DNA from: Podarcis gaigeae
Taxonomy: Eukaryota
Direction: 5' to 3' (one strand)
NCBI GenBank assembly: GCA_964106915.2
Contig: OZ066914.1
Length of the DNA stretch: 64,000 nt
Numbering within the stretch: position 1 is the stretch's first letter; every line of letters starts with the position of its first letter. Of this stretch, positions 1 through 13,344 are shown piece by piece. The notes under the pieces are model-generated. The model was not told the origin of the DNA. It was given only the letters and a program-made list of their open reading frames with translations, and searched no databases. The translations under genes were made by a program, and so were the position numbers.

Positions 1-884
1 GGTGCTTGCCAATGCACAGGTGCCCACAGAGGCCTTCCGTGGCACTGCAGGATCCTCCTCCCCACTGAAATTAGGTTAGGAAGAAGCTTTCCATTGTCTT
101 GGTTGTGGTGTGTGTGTGTGTGGTGCCCAAGACACTTGCTTTTCTTCTTTTATCTAAATATTTTTTTATTAAGTTTTACATAATACATTTCAATTTAAAC
201 ATATCATTCACCTTCTCCAGCTTGCAAATGTGTCCACAGGCCCCAGAATGCTGGCTGACTCTACTGTACAGAAATCTTTATGGATTTATTCAATCCACAT
301 TCCAAATAGACCCATTTGACCATGAGGTCCTGGAGCAGTTTAACTGCACTGACATGCTCAGGAGTAGAGAGAATGCTGATTAGCCTTGTTATCCATCTTC
401 GTTTCATTTCTAAATGGAAAGGTAGGATATGCTATTAATTTAAATTAAAAGGTGGCACTGGTTATTATTTTTTCAACCAATAAAATAATAACGTCCCAAG
501 AAATTGCTGCCCACTTGTTTTGCAGCAGGGACAATGATGTCATCTCATGGGGCTCTAATCCATACCCATTTTCTATTTGCCAATCCTGTGTGTGCCAAAT
601 AAATAAGCTTTTCCCATTCCGAGAGAAACCCACCAAATGAGCTGAGCGGAGAAAGAGGTGGGTCACACTGATTAGCATACATGACTGAGGGTTAAAAGGC
701 CATTTCAATTTTTTTGGGGGGGATAGATTCCCTTTATTATGCTATCAAAAGGACACAAAATAGTGAGCTAGCTTATGAGTCCACCAGAAGTACTCATCTT
801 CAAGCTAGACTCTGAGCAAAAGTTGTTTTTTTTTGGGGGGGGGGGATAGGAGGAGAAAAGGCAGACTTGGTATTGCAACCATAA

Positions 885-1016
885 TCAGTTGGTAGAGCAT
901 GAGACTCTTAATCTCAGGGTCGCGTGTTTAAGCCCCACGTTGGGCAAAAGATTCCTGCATTGCAGGGGGTTGAACTAGATGACCCTCATGCTCCCTTCCA
1001 ACTCTATGATTCTATG
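885..1016 (+). mobile_element. tRNA-Lys-derived SINE with CR1-type 3' tail
   Basis: cagttggtagagcatgagactcttaatctcagggtc...gccccacgttgggc head (CTT anticodon arm), then ttcctgcattgcagggggttg...ccttccaactctatgattctatg. Confidence 0.85.
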
Positions 1017-2461
1017 TCTGCTTTGGCCAATTATTCATTTTTGTTGTATAATCTTGAAGAGTTGTGGCTATGGTGGTTATCATGAAGAGCTCCTGTAGTT
1101 CAGAATTTATCACTACACCACGGAAAGTCTCAATGCTATTAAAATGTTAGTTTATTAAAATTTTAGTTTATTAAAATACAAGTTTGACGTGCAAGACAGG
1201 AAATCTGTTTCCCTTGTTGTAGATATTGATCCTCCCTGTAGCTTCTTTTTAAAATGTTTAATTTCCTTGTTAACATGGGTTATATTATGTCCTGATTAGA
1301 TCTGATCTTTAATTAAATGTTTTTTTAAAAAAACACACACACGCAAAACCCTGTTTATTTCAAGGTTCTTATAAAGGGTTCCATCATCATAGCATGTTTT
1401 CCACATTGCCTTTTTCTGAACATTGCTGCCTTGCTTTGGAGTTTAGGATTTATTTAACTTCTGCTATAGAGCTGCAGATCTCCTCTGTGCCTGGTTTCAA
1501 GCCTGGGAGAGTTTCTTCCATACCATTTCTGTGCAGCTACTTCTGTTTATTTCAATTGTACAATTGGCTGCCAAAGGTGGATGTGCTTTGAACCACAGCC
1601 CAGTTGTCCGTACAGCCCAGCTGTCCTGATAGGGAAAGTAGGTTGAATTGAATGTGGATTATCCAGAGCAGGAGCACAGTTGTATAAACCCAAATATTCT
1701 GCTCAGTTATTATTACTATTATTATTATTGTTGATGATGATGCCACATTTCTTATTTACTTAGCGCCATCAATAAGTGGGGTACAGAGTCCAGGTCAGGG
1801 CCCCAACTATGATCTGTGCATAACTCAAGCACTGCTAGGAGTTGTTTCTTTTTGTTTTCCAATGTATTTCTTATCAGTAAAATGATAACATGGAGGATGA
1901 GTAACCGGGGAAAGACCATCCATTGTCAAGAGGCATGGTCAGAGTTCAAGGACACATTCCAGCCAGACAAGAAAGATGAGGTGAGTGGCCTAAGGGGAGT
2001 GGCCTGAGGAGGGGCAGATAGGGAGACCTGAAGGATTGCATTCAACCCCCAGACAGCTGGCCAATGCCATCAAGAAAGTGATAGTCTTTAAGGTGCCACA
2101 AGACTGCAACAGACTCGCATGGCCACGTCTTTGGACTGCCGATTGGCTACAATATCTGATTGATTATGCATTTTCCTTCATGTTTAACCTGATAAAAGAA
2201 TTTGGATTATGCTTTAGGACTTGTATTCTAGTCTCACAGCTTCTGCATAGCTTCTTTGGTACTCACTAGTATGATGTCTGGTTTAAAAGAGAAACCTGAA
2301 GGACGTACAGTAGTAGCTCAAGCGTCCCTGAGGAGTTAGTGAGGTGTCAAGTGCACTACAGTTTCCAGAATGGCCTCCATCCCGGAATGTGAGAGAATGT
2401 TCTAACAGCAGCAACCTGGGCTTGGGAGAAGTACCTCCAATTTCTTATCCCAGTAGTTTGG

Positions 2462-2463
<2 letters not shown>

Positions 2464-2508
<45 letters not shown>

Positions 2509-2538
2509 GTGTGTCTGTCTCTCTCTCTCACACACACA
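2464..2538. repeat. (CT)n/(GT)/(CA) compound microsatellite
   Basis: Direct inspection. Confidence 0.95.
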
Positions 2539-2599
2539 GGTTGTTGCGAGGAAACGAGCAAGCAGTTCTGACCTCAGTACTGCAACATACATTACAACA

Positions 2600-2725
2600 G
2601 AACCCAGGAAGTTGCCTTATACAGAGTCAGACCACTGGTCAGCCTATGTAACTCAGGATTCTCTGTGCTGACCAGCAGCGGTTATGGCTCTCCAGGGTTT
2701 CAGGCAGGAGTCTTTTCCAGCCCTA
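2600..2725 (-). mobile_element. Fragment of tRNA-Ala-headed squamate SINE (related copies near 6915-7050, 31760-31990, 34160-34325)
   Basis: Shared body aggaag(c/t)tgccttata...gagtcagacc...ccagccctac. Confidence 0.65.
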
Positions 2726-2999
2726 CACCTCCCTGCTTCCCTGGCAGTAAAAAATAAATAAATGCAATAATGAATTAAAGAACTTACAAATGTGCTGCCC
2801 TTTCAGCAAACTCTGAATCAGCTGCCTGAGAGGAAGTTTCGCTCGGCCTACTAGTACAGCCATCCCTGACTCTAGCACTGGTGAGTGAGTCAGTGAAAAC
2901 TGAAGGCGTCGATCCCCCCCCCCCTTTGCCAGGGAGGGGACTTTATCGATCTTTTAGGGCAGTGCCTATTCAGGAAGAGTAGAAGCTGCAGACAGATGT

Positions 3000-3112
3000 G
3001 TCAGGGATAGGTGGGGAAAATGGCGCCCCTCATATTGTTGTTGTTGGATGTGGGAGCTGGAGGCCAATTGGTCAGGAGTGGTGGGAGTTGTAGTCCAGCA
3101 ATATCTGGGAGG

Positions 3113-3155
<43 letters not shown>

Positions 3156-4500
3156 TTCTCCTTTTCTTTAGAGAAAGGAGTGGAGATAATTAACTGGATG
3201 AGGGTTGAGGTTTTTTATATATTTACACACACACACTCCTTTCTCCAAAGAAAAGGAGAAGGGGCTCTTTATCTACTCCCACTCCCTTGTGAACAGCTAA
3301 GAAGGAAGGCTTTGGAAAAGCCCCTTGCAAAGTTGAGCACTGCTGAAGTGCTTCAGGAGAGAATTGTTAATGCTTCTTTTCCTGCCCATGCTGGGGAGGA
3401 GGGCGTTAAGGTTAAGCAGCGCTTTGCTGATGCTTCATCTCGGATGATTGATATCCCTTCACTCCTTGTTTATTTTAAAATATGGCTTCTGGTAAGTACT
3501 AGATCAGATGCAAAGTGTGTGTTTTGTGTGGCAGACTGGAAGCTTGTCTGCTCAGCACCAGACATTAAAATATAAATTGTACCGTGGAATAAGGCATGTC
3601 TTAGGATGTGTACACACTCCCACAACCTTAGTGGCAGTAAGGTTGCCTCTCACTTTGAGTGAAAGATGCGACTGGCAGTGAGACAAGATTGCCCAGGGGA
3701 TTGTAGGATGGATGTCTTTTAGGAAGGTGCCTCTCATATTTAGGTTGAGGTCACCTCCTCGGATTGCTTCCCCTTCGGAGGAAGAGAGGAATTTGTTTAG
3801 TGCTTTCTGTTTGAACTCCAGTTGTTTTGTGTTTGGGGCATATATGGAGCCAATTGTCAATTTAGTTTTGCCATCTAGTACCCCTTTAGCAAAAATGAAT
3901 CTGCCATTTTTGTCTTTTAGCACTGTTGTGTCTTGGAAATTTAGGTCTCTACTAAGTATTATGGCTATTCTGCGGGCCTTTCCTGAGCGAGGTGCCACCC
4001 ATGACTGAAGTGGGATTTGCTCAGGAGTTTGCTTCCTTTGGTGGGGGGTTCTGTATTTCCTGTAGGAAGGTATTGTGTGGCTTCATGGTGTTTACATACG
4101 TTTAGTTACACACTAAATTACACATTTAGTGTAATTGCTTTTAAGCTAGCCATTTGGTATGTTTACTTTTTAGGATGATTCCCTACCAACCCATTTGGGT
4201 TGTCCTGTGTCTCTCACCTTATATTGTCTATCGAACCTAGGGTGTTGTGATGACATATAGTGTGGTGGGTGGGGTTAGAGTTAGGGGTGGGCTGAAGATT
4301 GGGGGGTAGGTTATAGAAAGCAGCATACATGCAGTTATATAGGTGTTTGGGGTTGCTTGGACCATTTGGCTCCCAGCCAGTTGGTCCAGCGTCTCAGCTG
4401 GCATGGAGCTCCTTCTTTGAAAACAGGCCGTCTTCCCTTTCGCTTGCAATAGGAGTGGGTCAGTGAGACGGTGTCAAGTGCCTTTGTGGCGCTTGTGTTG
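3000..4500 (-). mobile_element. Decayed L1-clade LINE fragment (ORF2 APE endonuclease region)
   Basis: ATG at 4153 gives MASLKAITLNV; FLQE motif; ORF 3552..3998 IAIILSR...DKNGRFI...IGSIYAPN...GGDLN; broken by stops/frameshifts; ends approximate. Confidence 0.85.
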
Positions 4501-4805
4501 GGCATAGGTTTTTAAACAATGTTGTCAGTATTGTTAACAACATTATTGATTTGTTGGGGTATTAGGATAGGGATGTGAATATTGGCATGCTTCTTAAAGA
4601 GTGCTACAGTGCTATAACACTAATTTTAAAAATAAAAGGGGGAAAATATTTCTAGTCACCTCCATTTTAGCAATGTGCTTTCCCCCCTAATTATACACTT
4701 CCAATCTTCACTTCTGGTCCAAAACAAACATGAAACACTTTCATAGCAATCATGGGCGATCACACTTTAATGAAGAAGTGCTTAGCGCTAAATAAATAAC
4801 TGATT

Positions 4806-5028
4806 TTTATTTTATTTTTTTAAGAATCACTCAGGTTTCTTCTTCAAATGGCCACTTAGGTGAATTAGATCTTTCCTCCCCCTCCCCCACCCAGCAGCTC
4901 TGTCACACCCACTAGTGTGGATGGAACATAGCAGGATGAACATACAGAAAAGTGCAATATCCCTGATAGTGTGCAAAGTTCAACTGCAATTCCTCTTGTA
5001 CCTTACAGTGGAAGAGCAATGATTTATT
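4806..5028 (-). terminator. Candidate poly(A) signals of full-length SPEG (AATAAA at 5023-5028 and 4806-4816), implying a 3'UTR of ~1.6-1.8 kb
   Basis: First minus-strand AATAAA hexamers I found downstream of the stop; intervening sequence is largely repeat-free. Confidence 0.55.
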
Positions 5029-6597
5029 AGCGCTAGGAAGCCACCCATCTGGAAGCAGTCCTGGTTTGCTTTGCTTGCTCCATGCCACAGGGAAACGAGC
5101 ATCTTCACAATCAAAACACACTGGGGCATGGGATGAAAAGACTGAGATGGGGAACCATGGTCATGGATTCATACAGCCAAGGTGGGGGTGGTTAGGTAGG
5201 TCTGCTTCATTTGGTAGGTCTGCTTTCAACTCTGCGCCAGTGGTATATTCTCTTCATTCCCTACCCATACGAAATCCAGGTTTGTCCTTCCTGGGTTGCC
5301 CTAAGGAGCAGCTGTGAAAACTTGTAGACTCTCAGTTTCAAAATGGCCTCCACCCTTCTCAGTGGGGTATGTCAGGTCTGGTTTGCTATGGACACTACAC
5401 AGGTCAAGAGCAGAGAAACAAACGGCCACTACCCCCACCCCAAGACTTAGAACCCACCCTGTTGTCCTCTTCAACCCACCCACCACCAGAGGCTATGTAA
5501 GGTCACATGTGCCTGACTGCAAAAGGAGAAGGTGCCTATGTTTGGAGGACCTCTGCTTGTCTCTGTGCCATCGTGAGTGATCTGTAGGTGCCAGAAGGGG
5601 CTATGGCAAAAGAGCACTGAAAGAGAGGAGGGTTCATGTAGGCAAATGTATGAAGGGGTGGTGTATCTGAAGCATGTCCTTGATTCAGAAAGGCATGCAG
5701 GGAGAGAAGGCATCTATCTTCTGCACTGGTTCTGAAGCTTAAGGTAGGGCTGGGCTGCATGTATCCGTGTCAGAAAAACACAAGGAAGGCAGCAGCAAAG
5801 AAGAGGCATTATGGGATGGTAGGGGTATGTAAACAGGGAAAAACTGGTGGGTGCCTCACATGACTGGATTCTTCTGGATACCCAAGCAGAGGTGAGTGGA
5901 GAGGAACCCCAGGGAAAGTACCATCAGCACCTCCACTCCCAGCCCCTGCCTTGGGGACCAGAAACATCCATTATACTCCCTATGCGGCATATGTTGGCTA
6001 TACAGGTGGGGGATTGGAGTTTTCCATTGCTGAAATGCCTTCTCTGCAATACTTCGGGGTTGATCCTTCTTTTCTTCTTCCCAGCTCAACTTGGCATGTA
6101 AGGAAGAGATGCCCCATTGCACAGTGGCTGAAGCCGGCATGTTTTGCATCTGCTGTTAAGTCAATGGGAGCGCTTGGTTGCACCTGACCTACGCAGGGTA
6201 CACACGCAGCCCTTGAGGCACAATACAGGAAGGGCCCTTTGCATCCCCATGGGGAGGAGTTTATTTAGACAAGGAAACGTCAAGGCTTTCTCCTCCCCCC
6301 TTGACCTTGGCCTGGGAACAGCATGGCTTCATGGCCCACTGCGCTTCATACCTCCCTGAATCCAACCCCATGGCAGTGAATCTTGTCAATCTGCCATTTT
6401 CGGCCCCCAGACTCCCTCTCTCTGGGCCAGGCTACCTCCAGGACTGGTAGGTAGAGCAAAGAACAGCGGCCAGTGCTGACGACTCTTCTTGATCCATGAG
6501 GTATATCAACAAGTCCCACCCTGGCTGGCTGGGTGGGTGCTTGGCCTATCACGCCCCCTGCTGGAATGTTCTGTGGCTCCTCCGGCAGGGCAGGCGG

Positions 6598-6802
6598 CTA
6601 GGGCATGTGGCTGCTGGCGCCATGGTAGGAGCGCAGTAAGACCTTGTGCTTGGTGGCCACCTCGTTGCGCTGCCGCTGGTGCTCCACCAAGAACTCTTTC
6701 AGGCGGCTGGTGGTGAAGGTGAGGGTCTGCCGACGCAGCTTCATCAGGTAGGCGTCCTGGAGCCAAGGGTTGGCAAAGCAGTCCTTGAGAGCTGGGCGGC
6801 TC
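6598..6802 (-). CDS. SPEG: SPEG last coding exon [25 protein letters not shown]...SSHMP*
   Basis: cag|G acceptor; TAG at 6598-6600. Confidence 0.95.
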
Positions 6803-8368
6803 CTGCAAGGCCAAGGGATATTAGGATGAGGCTGCCTTTTCCCTCCCCAGCCCTCCCCAGACCCAGAAGAACAAGGAGGAAGTAGGAACATGACTGGAGG
6901 AATGAGCTGTGGACAACATATAGGAAGCTGCCTTATCCTGAGCTGGGCCATTGCTTTATCTAGCTCAGGAGCAGCAGCCCTTCCCAGCCCTACCTGGACA
7001 CTCAGGTGACTGAACTTGGGAGTTTTTGTGGGCTAACCAGCCTCATATAGGCAATGTGCTTAAGTCTAATTAATGTCTTACGGGATTAAGATCATAGAGT
7101 AAGCTGTTCTGCCAGGTTTAGCTCACCTTGGGAGGAACTGGGCATTCAAGCCTTTGTTCTCCTTCAGTCCACCTGAGAAGAGGCTAACCTGGTTGCTCCA
7201 GCTTAGCTGAATCGCTCGCACAAGCCACTCTTGACTTCTACCTATACTAATAATTTAGGAACCATCACCACTATAATGAAGCTAAGTTTTACTGCCTGTG
7301 CAGTTTTCTGAAGCACATGAATCTGACCATTGAAGAGTTTATATGTAAACCATTTTTAACATACCAAATGTGGTCTTTTTCTATGTTAGGGGAAGAGGGA
7401 AACTTTGGAACTCTCTTTAAAGGATGCACATTTTAAAGGTCTAACAGCCTATCTTGGCACGCCTTAATTTGCTGCGTGTTTTGTGATTTTAAATCTCTGC
7501 TGGGGTTCTCTTACTTGCCTCAAACCTGGATCTTGACAACCAGGAATTCTCCCTTTTGTACCTATATTTCCTTAAGCCAATGGTTTTTGCATGCAGAACA
7601 TAAGCACGAGCTCCATCACTGGGCAACAGTCCTTCCCCAAACATGGCCACACCCAGACTTTGTAGCAGAAAAGTTGGGGACTGAGGACATAGCTCAAGAC
7701 TCCTAGAACAGCCCATTCTCACCAGGAGTCCTGCATACCTGGGAGTATGCCATGTTGAGCACAGTGGAATTTACTTCCAGGCACACATGCCTAGGGTTGC
7801 ATGGTCAGTTTGCTTTAGAGACTGAGCACAGTCCTACCTAGCTTCCTCTGGTTTGGAATTACAGGTCCTAGTATTGTTAGTCCAGAGGGACTGCAACTCC
7901 CACCATCCCTGACCACTGGCCATTTAGGCTAGGGCTGATGGGAGCTGAAGTCAAAGGACATTTATAGGGCCAGATGTCCCCCATCCCTGGTACAAACGCT
8001 TTAAACATCAAGGGTGATGGTGATCTCAGGGATGCTGGACTCAGACTGCATTCTGCTACTTCTGAAAAGATCTACTCTGGAATTTCTCAACCTCAGCAGC
8101 TCATTGAGCTCTCAGGACTTTATTTCTGAACTCCCGACTAATCCAATACTAAGCAGTACCTGCTTTTTTGACACAGGGGCTATGACTGTAGCACCATTCC
8201 CATGGCTCAAATGCCACCAGAGAGAGAAACCTCCGTAATCTGAGTCTTGCCTTGACGCTCCCCCAGATTCTAGGTCTGTCTGTTCCACTGCTCTTTACGA
8301 AGGCAACTTTTCCTCGCCACCCATCCCATGGCGTTGCCTCCAAGGCCTTTCACCCTTCTTTCACTCAC

Positions 8369-8518
8369 CATGGATGGGCAGAAAGAACCTTGCGGATGAA
8401 GAGTGCAGCACTCTGGGAGACGTTGGGGTACAACTTGAAGGCATCATAACGCCCTGCCAGGATCCTGCTCTCTACTTCCAAGGGATCCGTCTCAAAGAAT
8501 GGGGAGCGTCCGCTGAGC
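8369..8518 (-). CDS. SPEG: SPEG kinase 2 exon [11 protein letters not shown]...VLSAHPW
   Basis: 150 nt; AG/GT. Confidence 0.96.
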
Positions 8519-8818
8519 CTGACAAGCAAAATAGAAGATAAAAGTTCAGGGCACACACATGCACAATATCACTCGTCCGTCAAACCAGCACTCCCAGCTT
8601 CAAGGGAGGAACAGCACCTCCACGGGGAACAGAGGTACCAATCTGAAGTTCTTATGGAGAAGTTTTTATGGTGCAGGCAGGAGTCTAGGATAATCCTGTC
8701 CTTTAAGTGAATCTGGTCAGGTGAGTCAGAAAAGAAGGCTCTGGACATCCATTTCTAATTCCACCTCTTCTCCCCTGCTTGTCAGATTCCCACGTTCGCC
8801 CTCTTCAGCCATACTTAC

Positions 8819-8894
8819 ATGATGTATATGAGGACTCCCAAGCCCCAGATGTCAGCTGCCGAACCAATGGGATCCCCCTTCACCATTTCTGGAG
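8819..8894 (-). CDS. SPEG: SPEG kinase 2 exon [26 protein letters not shown]
   Basis: 76 nt; APE and DIWG motifs. Confidence 0.96.
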
Positions 8895-9564
8895 CTGCAA
8901 AGGAAACAGTGAAGGATCATCTCTTTCCCTGCACAGAGGTGCACCACTTTACCCTGGCCTTTGACAGTTAAAGGTTTTTTTGTTTAACCTATACTGTGCT
9001 GCTTTTATTTGGAACTCTTTTACTCAGGGGTGGACAGTGGGGTGGGGGGAAGTGTTTACCTGACCTCCTGATAGGTCAGTCACTACTGCTTATTTGGAGA
9101 GGTGAGCTGGCTGCAAATTTGGGAGTTGGTGTGTTTGCACCACGCCAGTGTCCCTCCCATCCCCCTTTTCTTTCCTGGTAAACGGCAGTGGATCACATGC
9201 CAGAAAGTCAGGTAGGTGTCTCTGCCCCTCCATGCCACCTCACTGCTGGTTTTACTTGTGTTTTTTTTAATAAACTGCCTTACTTACTTTTATAATTGTA
9301 TGATTATATTTTTATAAGCTTTCCTGGGTCCTTGTGGTGAATGGTGGGCAATAAATCTTATACAAAAATAAATAAATAAATTGCCATAATGAGCCCAGAG
9401 GGGCTTCTGTTTGTTGTGCTAGTGAGACCCACTGGATTAAGCTGATTGATCCTCTGCCACTCTATGGTTAAGATGCAAGTGAATCATCTGTGGTCTAGCT
9501 TGGGAGGTGAACAAAACTGTGTAAAGTAAACAGCTCTAAGCCTGGAGCAGCAAATCTCTCTCTC

Positions 9565-9608
<44 letters not shown>

Positions 9609-9654
9609 ATCTCACACACACAAAAACAACCCTAGCAGTAAAGTGTCTGGGGAA

Positions 9655-9789
9655 AGCTCAGTTGCCTAGAGCATGGTGCTGATAATACCAAGGTTGCAGG
9701 TTCGATTCCTGCATGGGAGAGCTACATATTCCTGCACTGCAGGGGGTTGGACCAGATGATACTTAGGGTCCCTTCCAACTCTATGATTT
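9655..9789 (+). mobile_element. tRNA-Ile-derived SINE with CR1-type 3' tail
   Basis: agctcagttg.ctagagcatggtgctgataataccaaggttgcaggttcgattcc head; same tail as the 885 element. Confidence 0.85.
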
Positions 9790-10098
9790 AAAGTTCTGTC
9801 CTCATCTCCTAGTGTGAGTCCTGCAAAAGAGTAGCCTACGAAACCAAGAACTTAACATTCTGGGGAGGGAGGAATTCCCCCATTTCTGCCATCTCCACTC
9901 TTTGGTGCTAGTCCCTTTGTCAATTAAATAGTATGCAACTCCAACCCATTAGCCACATGTGTAGCTCAGCCTATAGGTACCACGTATATTCATTCCATGG
10001 CATACTTACTCCACAAGCAGTTTGCCTTGCCCACAAAATCTCACACACATCCTCCCCTACCCAATCTTCTGGTATGCCAATTCCATAAAGATACTCAC

Positions 10099-10322
10099 CC
10101 ATGTACTCCAGTGTGCCAACACGACGCCCCAGCTGGCGCAACACCAGTGGGTTGTAGGTCTGGGCACTGCCAAAGTCAATAATTTTTAATGTGTTTGTGG
10201 GGCTGACAATGATGTTATCAGGCTTCAGGTCGAGATGAATGATGCGCCGTCCATGCAGATATTCTAGTCCTTGGAGGATTTGTGTTATGTACCCCACCAC
10301 ATCATCCTCTGAGTAACGAAAC
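10099..10322 (-). CDS. SPEG: SPEG kinase 2 exon RFRYSEDD...HLDLKPDN...DFG...GTLEYM
   Basis: 224 nt; catalytic loop and DFG. Confidence 0.96.
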
Positions 10323-13104
10323 CTGTAGAGTAAAGCATGTCACCAAGAGGATAGAGCGAAGGACACAAGAACCCTTCCCTTGCACTTGTACTGATACTGG
10401 TGCAATTAAACAACAATATGGTACCATTATTCCTAAATAAGCACACTGGTGACTTTATGTTATACACAGTGAAAACCCATGATTACCAGTATATTTTCTA
10501 TTTTTTTAAACAGGTTATACATCTATTTTTGTTTTGGTTTCATGCATTTGTTGAACTGATCTTTTCTTTTAAAACTTTCCCCTGTCTGTACAACCCCATT
10601 CAAGGCCCACCTATGATGTTTTTTGCTGACAGTGGTCAGAAGTTAAAATTTTAACCCCACCCCAACCTCATCCTTGTGTGTTGCTGTGTGACAACGGGGG
10701 ACATTAAATGATCAAGGGCTGATCAATATGTTATTTTCTTACTTTCATTTTTACTTTCAGTCACTTCACCACCACCCTGTTTCTGTTCTACATTACTTTG
10801 CAATTTCCTTAGTTCCTGCTGCTTAAGCTGTGCACGTGCAATCAAAATAGCATTGCTCCCACACAGGAAGGAGGACAGGAACAGGACAGGGTGCCCCAAA
10901 GGACATCCCAGTGAGGATTAAGCAGACTTAGCAGCCATGGAATTTTGACGGCTGGAGGAACATCAGAGAAATGGGTGGAATGGAAAATGAAACAAAGGCA
11001 CGAGGGGCTGACTGAACAGAAGCACTCCACACTGCAACATGTTCCTGTAGATTCCACTTTTCGTAACTAAATACCACCACCATATTCCTTTTCTTATAAT
11101 GCCAGAGACCGTCAACATCTGCTGAAGCTGAATGTTGGAACATTCAGGACAGACAAAACCAAGTACTTCTTCACACAGCACCAGCCAAGCTATGGTGCTT
11201 GCTCTCACAGGAGGCAGTGAAGGCCACCAAGCTGGATGGCTTGAAAAGAGGATGAGACGAATTCATGGAGAAGGAGAGGGCTATCGGGTTGCTGGAACCA
11301 CAGGAGGGTTTGAAGAATCACATGGAGTCTGAAACATAGCAATGCAGCCCCTCAACCCTTTAGGGAAATAGGCAGCAGTTACCTCTAGTTGTCTTGTGTC
11401 CACTTGGGGTTTTCTGTCCTGTCTTTTATCCATTTGTTGGGTTTGGTTGTTTTACCCCCAGCCCACCCAGTGCTCCAACTGATTGTGATCTTTCTGATTT
11501 GAATCATAGCCTAAACATTTTGCAATTCCTTCCCCCACCCACTCTGGTTCTGTATCATCAGCAAAATCTAATGTTTTACTGAAGTCATTAATCATAATAT
11601 TGAACAGTGCTAGATCCAGGACAGAGACAGAGACATTTTGGCTGCCAAATGCATTAAAATTAAAATAAGAGGCTCTGGAAACCTGTGCTCTATACAGACT
11701 CATCTGAAAAAAGAAATTCCTATTAAAAGTGTTGCAAGGAGTATCAGTTGCACAACAGAAAGCCACTTATGATCCAATGACATAATAATAATAATAATTT
11801 GTTATTATCATTATTATCATCATGTTATACTACTAATTAGTATACTATTATTTATACATGTGGGACGTGACAAAATACATTATCTCCTGTCAGAATACTG
11901 CATTCCATTTCTACCCATCAGTCTGCATTCTATGCCCACTGAGCACGTTCAGTTCTTATTGGGCTATTAGGTCTCCCCACCCCCACAAATGTTTTGTACT
12001 TTTGCCAACCTTGGGGCTTCCCTGAGCCTTTTGTACATGGGTGGCACTGTTTTGGCTACATGAGGACTGGTACTCAGAGATCTGAAGTTGCTGCCAGTAT
12101 ATGATCATGTTGGCAGTGCCATCAATTGACATGGTGCTTTGTAGCAGGGGTGGGGAATCAGTGGCCCTCTAGATGTTTTTGGGACTCCCAACTCTCACCA
12201 ACTCAGCCATTGGCTGTGCTGATGAGAGGCAGAATTCAACAGCATCTGGAGGACCATGAATCCCTCACCCCTTTTCTTATGCAAAGCAACAACAAAAAAG
12301 GTCTTTGCCTCAAGGAACATATACTATGCATTTCAGCCACAAGAGGAATAGGAGAGGCAAGGGTTAACAACTAATGACTGTAAGCCCATCAAGTTGCACA
12401 TTCACAGGAATCCGCTCATGTCAATCTCATGAACATCAAAGTGCAGGAAAGGTTTATATCCATTTATCTTTTACATATTCACAGAAGTAAGATTGCAGAA
12501 AAAAATTCCTCTGTATAATGTGGTCCTCAGTCACTAACTACCGGTATAATGTGTTTAATATGGTCCTCAGTCACTGAGTACTCTTCATTCAAGCCAGGCC
12601 CTTCCTTGAACCATCCAGGTGTATTTTACTAAAGGTGTCCTGCAGTGTCTTAAAGCATAGCATAATTTACTTGCCTCTTGCTGTTCCAGATTATAAAGCA
12701 GAAGATGACAAGGAATAGGTTCAAATGTTTGGGTCGAGTGGAGGTATCTGCACTGTGTTACTTTTATTTCCCTTCAGCTCTACTATTCTGACTCAGTGGC
12801 ACAGTTTGCCTTCTTCAATTGCCCTGTTGTGAATAGGTCCAGTTATCACCTCTGCCATGGATTTTCTGGTCAACTAAAACTGATTCAGGCCCACAAACTG
12901 ATTCATGCCCCCATTGTGTGTGACTAGACCAACACTACTGTCTCATCCTGGTTTTTATGTTTGCAACTCTCTGTTACCTTGCTAGTTAGCCAAACCCCTC
13001 TGTGGCCCAATGCTTGGCCCTCTCGGACACAGAGCTTCTCTTCTTAACATCCTGGAGTCCCACCCCTAACCCCCTCCTGCCTCCCAACCTATCCCGCAAC
13101 AAAC

Positions 13105-13344
13105 CTGTCAACAAAGTGGTAGAGGATCTCCTTCCCAGGGCAGTGTTCAGCTATCAGCACCAGATAGCGGGGGGTGATGTAGGCCTCGTGCAGAGTCATG
13201 ATGCGATCGTGGTGCAGGCCCTTTAGGATCTCGTATTCCTGCAGGACGTTCTGCTTGCCTTCCGTTTCATAGGGCACAATCTTGGCCATGAATCGCTTGC
13301 CCGTGGCATTCTCCTTACATTCCCGAATCACTCCAAACCGGCCC
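13105..13344 (-). CDS. SPEG: SPEG kinase 2 exon [10 protein letters not shown]...MAKIV...HFVD
   Basis: 240 nt; AG/GT. Confidence 0.96.

Noticed and set aside
885-950. Functional tRNA genes at 885, 9655, 34160 and 48000
   Set aside because: Acceptor and T stems are degenerate and each head is fused to a SINE body or tail.
3552-3998. 148-aa ORF as a host gene
   Set aside because: It is an L1 endonuclease remnant flanked by stops and frameshifts.
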